Origin: Nitrospiraceae bacterium | GTDB taxonomy: Bacteria > Nitrospirota > Nitrospiria > Nitrospirales > Nitrospiraceae | DNA length: 64,000 bases | Direction of reading: 5' to 3' | Assembly (NCBI GenBank): GCA_040255845.1 | Contig: JBDZVU010000005.1 | Span: 9,301-73,300, forward strand | Shown here: piece after piece, positions 52,469 to 59,821 of the stretch | How positions within the stretch are numbered: the first letter of the stretch is position 1 | Layout: each line of letters opens with the position of its first letter | Made by a program: the position numbers and the translations under genes | The notes under the pieces: model-generated | The model's database searches: none | What the model was told of the DNA's origin: nothing | What the model saw: the letters and a program-made list of their open reading frames with translations, nothing else

Positions 52469-53407
52469 ATGATGACGCAGCCCAAGTTGAAATCCAAGGT
52501 CCGCTGCAAGGACCGCGAAATCGGCGAAGTATCCAAGGTCATCGTCGACCCGTTGTCGCACGAGATCAGCCATATCGTCGTCTCGATGAACGGCAGCGGA
52601 GAGCGCCAGGTTCCGATGGGCCAGGTGGAGTCCGTGACGGACGATCTCGTGGCCTTGCGCACCCTCTCGGCCGAGCTGCTGGCCCTTCCTCCGTTCAAGC
52701 GCGACGACTACGTCACGACCCATGAGGTCGAAATCGCGCACCTGGAGGAAAAGGTTCACGTAGCTCCGGGCGAAGTGCTCGTGCCGCTGCCCGAGCTGGA
52801 GAAGTCCGTGAAGCGGCGGACCTTCTTCATGAATCTCACCCATGTGATCGGCTTCCTCATCGGCCTTCCCATTGCCTTCCCGGTTCTGCGGTACCTCATG
52901 AAGCCGATGTACGCGCCGTTCGACAACAGCTGGCTGAAGATCGGCAACGTCAGCAAGATCAAGCAGGAAGATGTCGGCGTCCAGTTCAAGTACAAGCGCA
53001 CAGTCAAGGAAGCCTACATGCCGGAGGCCGAGATCGAGAAGAACGTCTGGATCCTCAAGGCCACGCCGGCCGTGCTGGACAAGGTGTACCAGGGAAAGGA
53101 CATGGAGTTTCGCGACGCCGCCGGCAAGACCGTGTGGACCAACAAGAAGGACATGCCGTACGTGGCGTTCAGCGGAAAGTGCCCGCATCTGGGCTGCGGC
53201 TACAAGTGGCGTCAGCATAAGCTGCTGGGCCAGGTATTCCTGTGCCCCTGCCATCTGAGCATCTACGACGCCGCCGGGAAGGTGCTGGACGGGCCTGCGC
53301 CGCGCCCCCTCGACGCCCTGCCTATTAAGGTATCGGCGGGCGGCGACGTGGAAATCATCGATATGGAATTCAAGGCCGGTACAAAAACCCAAATCCGGAT
53401 CATCTGA
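52469..53407 (+). CDS. Rieske 2Fe-2S protein with an N-terminal PRC-barrel-like extension
   Basis: Rieske boxes CPHLGCG and CPCHLSIYD. Internal twin-arginine KRRTFFMNL plus TM at about residue 114. N-terminal 110 aa resemble a PRC barrel (DREIGEVSKVIVDPLSHEISHIVVS). Confidence 0.8.
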   Translation: MMTQPKLKSKVRCKDREIGEVSKVIVDPLSHEISHIVVSMNGSGERQVPMGQVESVTDDLVALRTLSAELLALPPFKRDDYVTTHEVEIAHLEEKVHVAPGEVLVPLPELEKSVKRRTFFMNLTHVIGFLIGLPIAFPVLRYLMKPMYAPFDNSWLKIGNVSKIKQEDVGVQFKYKRTVKEAYMPEAEIEKNVWILKATPAVLDKVYQGKDMEFRDAAGKTVWTNKKDMPYVAFSGKCPHLGCGYKWRQHKLLGQVFLCPCHLSIYDAAGKVLDGPAPRPLDALPIKVSAGGDVEIIDMEFKAGTKTQIRII

Positions 53408-53412
53408 TCACC

Positions 53413-54525
53413 ATGCAACCAGCGCCCACGACCAGTCCCGAACCGACCGTCCTCGAAAAAGTCATTGCATTCGTCGACGAGCGCGTCGGCCTTAAAACGA
53501 TCCAAGCCAAGATGCTGAACGAGCCGGTGCCTGGCGGCTCGCGCTGGGCCTATATCTTCGGCTCGGTCCTGCTGTTCATCTTCATCATGCAGGCGGTGAC
53601 GGGCATCCTGCTGATGTTCTACTACGTGCCCACGGCCGATCACGCGTATGCCAGCACGCAATACATCATCCACGACGTCGATTACGGCTGGTTCCTGCTG
53701 AGCTATCACTTCTGGGGATCGTCCGCGATGGTGGTCTGCGTGTTCGCCCACATGTCGCAGGTGTTTTTGTGGGGGGCGTACAAGAAGCCCCGGGAAATGA
53801 TCTGGCTCGTCGGGCTCGCCTTGTTCGGCATCGTCATGGGTTTCGGCTTCACCGGCTATCTGCTCCCCTGGGATCAGCGGGCCTATTGGGCCACCACGGT
53901 CGGTGTGGAGATCATGGACAAGACCCCGCTTCTCGGGGATTTCATGGCGCGGTTCCTCAAGGGCGGTCCCACGCCCGGGCAAATGACGCTGAGCCGGTTT
54001 TTCGTCATCCACGTCATGATTTTGCCGGCGGCCCTCATGGGGTTGGCCGGGCTACACCTGTTCCTGTTCCGTACGGCCGGACCGGCCGGTCCCTTTCGTG
54101 GGACTCCGGAGGAACTCAAGGCCAAGACGGACTATTTCTTCCCCCGTCAAGTCTGGAAGGACATCGTCGGCATGGTCACCGTCTTTCTGGGCATCTGCAC
54201 CCTTGCCTTTTGGGAGCCGGTGGTGCTGCTGGAGGAAGCGACGCCCGATCCTGGCGATTACCATCCCGAGCCGGAATGGTACTTTCTCTTCCTCTTCCAG
54301 TTGCTGCGGCTGAAGATTTTCTCCGGTGAGTTCGGGCAGTTTCTTGGGGCGATCGCGCTGCCCGGGGCTTTCATGGCCCTCCTCGCGGCGCTGCCCTTCA
54401 TCGACCGCGACCCTGAACGCAATATTTTCAAGCGCCCGGTCGCCCTCATAGGCTGGATCGTGGTCATGACGACGATTCTCATCTTTACCGTGTCCGCCAT
54501 TATCAACCGGGAATTCTTGGATTGA
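53413..54525 (+). CDS. Cytochrome b (unsplit b6 plus subunit IV type)
   Basis: Helix B His pair 13 residues apart (YHFWG...FAHM). Helix D pair 14 residues apart (VIHVM...GLHLF). Qo motif PEWYFLFLFQLLR. Confidence 0.85.
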   Translation: MQPAPTTSPEPTVLEKVIAFVDERVGLKTIQAKMLNEPVPGGSRWAYIFGSVLLFIFIMQAVTGILLMFYYVPTADHAYASTQYIIHDVDYGWFLLSYHFWGSSAMVVCVFAHMSQVFLWGAYKKPREMIWLVGLALFGIVMGFGFTGYLLPWDQRAYWATTVGVEIMDKTPLLGDFMARFLKGGPTPGQMTLSRFFVIHVMILPAALMGLAGLHLFLFRTAGPAGPFRGTPEELKAKTDYFFPRQVWKDIVGMVTVFLGICTLAFWEPVVLLEEATPDPGDYHPEPEWYFLFLFQLLRLKIFSGEFGQFLGAIALPGAFMALLAALPFIDRDPERNIFKRPVALIGWIVVMTTILIFTVSAIINREFLD

Positions 54526-54559
54526 CGCGCCTGAGGCGCCGGCAGGAACACTGACTATC

Positions 54560-55522
54560 ATGACGGATCGCGCACCTCTCTCGCCCCTGAAACTCGGCCT
54601 GAACGTCCTGTGGTCCGCCTTTTGGACCGGATTCCCGATCAAGCTCGCATTTGCCCTCCTCTTTATGGCGCTGGGCATGATCCACTTCGAGGCTCGGCTG
54701 GGCCTCGGGTTTGTGATGGTCCTGGCCAGTCCCATCACCGTCTTTGCCATGCCGATTCTGATGATGCTCGGCTCGCATTTCGGCGAAGGCGCGGGGCTGG
54801 GGTTGCTGTTCCTGCTGTGCATCCCCATCGACATCTGGGCCATGGGGGTCGTCGCGAAAACGTTGTTCCTCGAACGGCTGCACCTGGAGCCTCCGGACGG
54901 GATCGGCTTTTCCCTGTGGTGGAAGAGCGCCGTGACCGGCGCCCTCTACTTGCCCGTCCTGTGGATGATCGTAAGCACCGTCACGGAAACCGCCATTGCC
55001 ATCAGCCATTCGATCTTCGAGTTGGAGATTTTTCACGGCCTACCCGTTGCCGAAAAAATCAGCATAGAACTGACCTTGTGGGGCGGCGTCTCCGCCACCG
55101 TGCTTATCATCCTGCTGGTGGTCGGCGTGTCACTGATCGGGCGTCTCGTGCGAAGCGCCGCTCAGAACGCCGCCCCGGCTTCCGATAATTATCAACGTCT
55201 CGTGACGCGCTGGGATCTCATGCGCGTCCCGGCGGACCAGGGGCTGATGCTGACCGCGATGACGGGCGCCGGCGTGGTGCTCTCGGTGTTGTTCTGGGCC
55301 GCCTTGCCTGCCAGTACGCCGCATCCGCACGAGTGCTGCAAGCCCCTGGAAGTGAAGCGGCAGCCGCCGTTCAAACCGATCGATGCGTTGAACCGGGGAG
55401 AACGGACCCTCGCGCAGCTGGCGGCGCAAGTGGAGGCCATCGAAAAGCAACGGGCCGAAGAGGAAGCCGCCAAGGACAAGCACAAATCGGGAAAAGGGAA
55501 ATCCGCCGAACCGAAGCCTTGA
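54560..55522 (+). CDS. Orphan polytopic membrane protein with an HPHECC motif and a charged C-terminal tail
   Basis: About 6 hydrophobic helices. STPHPHECCKP at residues 252-262 (nt 55322-55339). Coiled, Lys-rich C-terminus. I recognise no family. Confidence 0.55.
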   Translation: MTDRAPLSPLKLGLNVLWSAFWTGFPIKLAFALLFMALGMIHFEARLGLGFVMVLASPITVFAMPILMMLGSHFGEGAGLGLLFLLCIPIDIWAMGVVAKTLFLERLHLEPPDGIGFSLWWKSAVTGALYLPVLWMIVSTVTETAIAISHSIFELEIFHGLPVAEKISIELTLWGGVSATVLIILLVVGVSLIGRLVRSAAQNAAPASDNYQRLVTRWDLMRVPADQGLMLTAMTGAGVVLSVLFWAALPASTPHPHECCKPLEVKRQPPFKPIDALNRGERTLAQLAAQVEAIEKQRAEEEAAKDKHKSGKGKSAEPKP

Positions 55523-55655
55523 CGCGCGCCGATTCGTCCGGCCGCGGGTGACGCGCACTGTCTTGGAGAATCGGCAGGCGACTGAAACAGATGGCCATGA
55601 CACCCGCAGGAGACGACAGCGGGCGGCCCGGCATCCTGATGAAGGGGTGAGATTC

Positions 55656-57500
55656 ATGATGCACCAGACCAATCAAGGACGTATTCGCGGAGCCGCGGCG
55701 ACGCCGCTCGCTGTTCTCGCGTTGACCGCCGCCGCTCTGCTGGCCCTGCCCTCGCTGGGCCTCGCCGCCGACGCCGGTTCCGGCACCGCGACTGCCTACC
55801 GGGACATTCCCGGGATCGGCAGCCGCAACCTGGTGTGGATCATCGCGCAGTTGCATCTCCTGCTCGCCGGGTTTGTTCTGGGCGTGCCGATCTTTGCGTG
55901 GCTGTGCGAAGTCGTGGGGTGGAAAACAGGCGAAAAGCGCTACGACAAGCTCGCGAAGGAATTCACCAAGCTGCTGAGCTCCTCATACGCGACGACGGCC
56001 TTATTCGGCGGCATCCTCCTCTTCCTCCTGATCGGCTTTTATCCCAAGCTGATGGCCTATCTGACGGACATCTTCTTTCCGTCTTTCCTCGTGTATTGTC
56101 TGCTCTTCCTGCTCGAGACCGCCACGCTGTACCTCTATTGGTACGGATGGGACGCCATGCAGGACGGCGGCAAAAAGACCTTCCACATTTTCCTGGGCTT
56201 TCTCCTCAACGTGTTTGCCTTCTTTATCATGATCGTCCCGAACAGTTGGGCGACGTTCCAAGCGAGTCCCGTCGTCATCGCGGAGGGGACCGATCTGCAG
56301 CGGGCCTGGGCGGCGACATGGAATCCCACGTGGTGGCCGGTCAATATTCACCGGTTGATCGCCAACGTGGTGCTCGGCGGGTACATCTGCGGCGCCTATG
56401 CCGGCATTCGGTACCTGTCCGCCAGGGCGGCGGAAGAGCGCGAGCACTACGATTGGATGGGGTACGTCGGCAATTTCATCGGGGTGTTCGGGTTGTTGCC
56501 GCTGCCGTTCGCCGGCTATTGGCTGATGCGTGAGATCTACCAGTACAACCAGCAGATGGGGATCACGCTGATGGGCGGCTTCCTGTCCTGGCTGTTCATT
56601 CTGCAAGCCATGCTGATCGGGGTGCTGTTCCTCGGCTCGAACTACTATTTCTGGCTGGGCATCACGCACCGCATTCCCGGCAGTGAGATCAAGTACCGAC
56701 GGCCCATCCTCGCCATGCTGGTCATTCTGCTCCTTTGTTTAGGGGTCTGGATGACGCCGCACTCACTGGTGGCGAGCTTGGAAGAAGCCCGGAAGATGGG
56801 CGGCACGCACCATCCGCTGCTCGGCGTCTTTGGCGTCATGTCGGCCAAGATGACGGTGTCCAACCTCATGATTTTGGTCACGTTCATGAGCTTCATTATG
56901 TACTGGCGCGCGGGCAAGGAAGAGACCGCAACCTGGGCGCGCCTGGCGAAAGCCGTGATGGGCGGCGTGCTGGTGATCGCCGGGATCGTAGTCGTGGTTC
57001 TGGGCGTCTGGGGGTACTTCGTTCCAGCCATCATCCGGATCAATTACTTCTCCACCTCGCAAGTCGGCATCGTGCTGTTCGTCATGCTGACCATCACGCC
57101 GTTGACGGCCCTGTTGCTGAAGAGTGCCCGGACGACGACAGAAATGGTGTGGGGCCGGATGCCGCCGCGTGCGGGCTATGCCCTCGTGCTGAACGCCATC
57201 ATGGTCATTTTGCTCATGACGCTGATGGGCTATGCCCGGTCCTCGTCCCGCGTGCACTGGCATATCTACGGCGTGATGCGCGATTCGTCCCAGTACGCGT
57301 TTTCTCCCGCGCTCGGCTACGCGGCCGCCTTTATGGCGCTGAACACCTTCTTCTTCTGTTTGCTCGTGGCGTTCATCTTCTGGGTGGCCACGATGGGCGA
57401 CAAGGGGAAGGCCGGCCATGGGGCTCCGGTCAAGGGAGACCTCGGAACGGCGGCGTTGCCGGCCATGGCGGGCGGCGCACCTGAGCAGGGCGCAAAGTAA
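55656..57500 (+). CDS. Cytochrome bd-like protein, paralog 2 (His-enriched; candidate non-canonical terminal oxidase)
   Basis: Paralogous to 49912-51615 (VWIIAQLHLLLAGFVLGVPIF). Signal-peptide-like N-terminus. Has extra His motifs (THRIPG, GGTHHPLLG, VHWHIYG) that paralog 1 lacks. ATG 55656 chosen. Confidence 0.7.
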   Translation: MMHQTNQGRIRGAAATPLAVLALTAAALLALPSLGLAADAGSGTATAYRDIPGIGSRNLVWIIAQLHLLLAGFVLGVPIFAWLCEVVGWKTGEKRYDKLAKEFTKLLSSSYATTALFGGILLFLLIGFYPKLMAYLTDIFFPSFLVYCLLFLLETATLYLYWYGWDAMQDGGKKTFHIFLGFLLNVFAFFIMIVPNSWATFQASPVVIAEGTDLQRAWAATWNPTWWPVNIHRLIANVVLGGYICGAYAGIRYLSARAAEEREHYDWMGYVGNFIGVFGLLPLPFAGYWLMREIYQYNQQMGITLMGGFLSWLFILQAMLIGVLFLGSNYYFWLGITHRIPGSEIKYRRPILAMLVILLLCLGVWMTPHSLVASLEEARKMGGTHHPLLGVFGVMSAKMTVSNLMILVTFMSFIMYWRAGKEETATWARLAKAVMGGVLVIAGIVVVVLGVWGYFVPAIIRINYFSTSQVGIVLFVMLTITPLTALLLKSARTTTEMVWGRMPPRAGYALVLNAIMVILLMTLMGYARSSSRVHWHIYGVMRDSSQYAFSPALGYAAAFMALNTFFFCLLVAFIFWVATMGDKGKAGHGAPVKGDLGTAALPAMAGGAPEQGAK

Positions 57501-57578
57501 AGGATCGAATGTTGAGCTTGTAGTGTTGAGTTGGCGGCACACCAACACTAAACACCAATCACTACACACCGGGGTCTT

Positions 57579-58208
57579 ATGAGTGAAGTCGTCAAGCTGC
57601 AGTTGATCGGCCTTTCGGTCGTCGGCACCGGAGTCATTATCCTGCTCTTCATTAGGGCGCAATTCGTTCGTGTCATCGGGTTCGTCGCCATCGTGCTCGG
57701 TCTATTTTCCTTGGTGGCGCTCGCGGTGCCGCAGATGGCGTCGCTTCCCCCGGCAGAGGAGAGCATCGACATCGCCAGCATCAAGACGCCGGCCGACATG
57801 GCGGCCATCGGTCAGAAGATCTTCTTCAGCAAGGGACAATGCGCCCTCTGCCACTCCATCGGGCCGAGTGAGTCCGCACGGTGTCCGGATCTGAAAGGTA
57901 TCGGCGCCAAACTCCGGCGGGAATTCATCTTCGAGAGCCTGACGCAGCCTCAGGCCTACATTTACCTGGACTATCGGCATGAGGGCCCGCCCAAGGAGTA
58001 TCCGGCCCGCATGCCCTACATCAACAAGAACCCGATCGGTCTCTCCAAGAACGAAATCTTGTCCGTGATCGCCTTCTTGCAGCAGATGAGCGGAGAGCCG
58101 ATTTCAGTCAGCCCGTCTGAGCTGGAGATGCCATCGCAACCGCCGGCGCCGCCGGTGAAGGCCGCGGACGCGGAGTCTGGCCCCGTCGCTGTGGCGCACG
58201 CGCGCTGA
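57579..58208 (+). CDS. Membrane-anchored monoheme cytochrome c (2 TM)
   Basis: Two N-terminal TM helices, heme site CALCH, Met ligand region ARMPYI. Confidence 0.75.
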   Translation: MSEVVKLQLIGLSVVGTGVIILLFIRAQFVRVIGFVAIVLGLFSLVALAVPQMASLPPAEESIDIASIKTPADMAAIGQKIFFSKGQCALCHSIGPSESARCPDLKGIGAKLRREFIFESLTQPQAYIYLDYRHEGPPKEYPARMPYINKNPIGLSKNEILSVIAFLQQMSGEPISVSPSELEMPSQPPAPPVKAADAESGPVAVAHAR

Positions 58209-58217
58209 GGAGGAACT

Positions 58218-58937
58218 ATGGGTGGGCCGTTAGTCAAACCGGTTATCTTGATGGTCGTTATCTATTTGATTCTGAAATTCATCGTGCCCAATATCCCCGG
58301 GTCTGCACCGCTCCCATCCAGCCTCATTTTCCTGTACCTCATGCTGACGGCCACGGGGATCGTTATTTTTGCCACTCTCAGTGGAGAATCCAAAGATGCC
58401 TTTTGGGGACCGATCCAGCGATTTCTAACCGGCGAAGGCATCGGCGCCCTGCAAACCGCGCGGTATGCCGTTCTCCTGTTGTTCCCGATTCTGGTGGGGT
58501 GGCAGACCTTTGGCAGCACGGCGCCCAGCGATCAGCCGCCAGCTGAAAACCGAACGATCCACCCCGCTCCTCCGGGGGAATATACCGGCCTGGCCAATCC
58601 CGTCCCGAAGACGCCCGAAAATATCATGCAGGGCAAGGGATTCTATGCGGCGTTTTGCTCGCCCTGCCATGGCGGAAATTTCGACGGCAAAGGACCGGCG
58701 GCCCGCGGATTCAATCCGCCGCCGGCGAACTTCGCCGATCCCACGACGATTGCGATGTTGCAGGAGAGCTACCTCTTCTGGCGCATCAAGAAAGGCGGGG
58801 TCGGGTTGCCGATCGAAGGCATGCCATGGAAGTCCGCGATGCCGCGGTGGGAAGTTGAGCTGCCGGACGAGTGGATCTGGAAAATCATCATGGGTGAGTA
58901 CGACGGAGCCCACCAGTCGCCGCGAACCTGGGAATAG
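58218..58937 (+). CDS. Membrane-anchored monoheme cytochrome c (3 TM)
   Basis: Three TM helices, heme site CSPCH, SAMPRW. The cytochrome domain is homologous to the lipoprotein cytochrome at 49315 (FWRIKKGG versus FWRISEG). Confidence 0.75.
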   Translation: MGGPLVKPVILMVVIYLILKFIVPNIPGSAPLPSSLIFLYLMLTATGIVIFATLSGESKDAFWGPIQRFLTGEGIGALQTARYAVLLLFPILVGWQTFGSTAPSDQPPAENRTIHPAPPGEYTGLANPVPKTPENIMQGKGFYAAFCSPCHGGNFDGKGPAARGFNPPPANFADPTTIAMLQESYLFWRIKKGGVGLPIEGMPWKSAMPRWEVELPDEWIWKIIMGEYDGAHQSPRTWE

Positions 58938-58996
58938 GTCTGAGCGGCGCGGAAGGCAACGAGCCCTGCGCTTTGCGAGAAAGTGAAGAGGCAACT

Positions 58997-59821
58997 ATGG
59001 CGTACTGCAGACAACGGTCTCTAAACACGGCGGTCGGTGCCGTGCTGGTCCTTGGGCTGGCCACCGTGATGCCCGCACAGGCGCAGGAAAGCGTATCGGT
59101 GAGGGCCAATCTGGTGACCGGAACCTTGCCGGCCGACGATCCCAATGCCGCCGCCTGGAGCAGCGTTCCGCCTGCCCAGTTCCCGCTCTCGCCGCAAGTG
59201 CACTGGCAGAATCGCATTCAAGAAGTCACGGTGAAGGACGTCAAGGTGCGCGCCCTCCACGACGGGACGCAGGTCGCGATCATGCTCGAATATGAAGACC
59301 CCACCGAGGATCCCGACGATGCGGCGGCGCTTGAATTCATGGTCGGGGACAAGAAGGCGCACTTTGCGCATGGGCAGCCGATGCTCCAGGTGGAAGGCGG
59401 CCCGGTGAATATTTGGTACTGGAAAAATAAAGAGAGCAAGGCGGTCGACATGAATGCCCAGGGCTTCGGTACCTTGAAAGTCCAGGAGCACCAGGACGTG
59501 AAAGCCAAGGGAGCGTACGCGAACGGGACGTGGAAGGTCGTATTCAGCCGTCCGCTCGCGACCGAGCATCCGGAGGCCGACACGCAGATCAAGCCCGGCG
59601 AGTTCATCAACATCGCGTTCGCCATCTGGGACGGAAAGAAGGATGCGAGCGGGGAGCTCCGGGAGAAGGGATCGCAAAAGGCGGTCTCCTCCTGGTGGTA
59701 TTTCCGCGCCGAACCGCCTCCCGACTATTCGCCCTACCTCTATGCGGTGCTGGCCGTCGGGTTGGCCGCGGGCTTTCAGTTCGTGTTGATCCGCAAGCTG
59801 AAGAAAGGGCAGACAGCATGA
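58997..59821 (+). CDS. EbdC/NxrC-like (EB_dh, DOMON-like) heme b domain protein with signal peptide and C-terminal TM anchor
   Basis: Signal peptide ...VMPAQA-QE. Pattern VKVRALHDGTQVAIMLEYEDPTED...IWYWK...WKVVFSRPL...IAFAIWDG. C-terminal TM YLYAVLAVGLAAGFQFVLI. Confidence 0.6.
   Translation: MAYCRQRSLNTAVGAVLVLGLATVMPAQAQESVSVRANLVTGTLPADDPNAAAWSSVPPAQFPLSPQVHWQNRIQEVTVKDVKVRALHDGTQVAIMLEYEDPTEDPDDAAALEFMVGDKKAHFAHGQPMLQVEGGPVNIWYWKNKESKAVDMNAQGFGTLKVQEHQDVKAKGAYANGTWKVVFSRPLATEHPEADTQIKPGEFINIAFAIWDGKKDASGELREKGSQKAVSSWWYFRAEPPPDYSPYLYAVLAVGLAAGFQFVLIRKLKKGQTA

Noticed and set aside
51680-53392. 570-aa ORF antisense to the membrane cytochrome c and Rieske genes
   Set aside because: Same reasoning: the sense strand carries CYNCH, CPHLGC and CPCH motifs, and the antisense product is low-complexity and Arg/His/Gly/Asp-rich.
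59530-59817. N-terminal 96-aa extension of the diheme cytochrome c ORF (429-aa version)
   Set aside because: The extension overlaps the 3' end of the EB_dh-like gene in another frame and has shadow-ORF composition. ATG 59818 gives a clean lipoprotein signal (MAAGGC) and an ATGA coupling.
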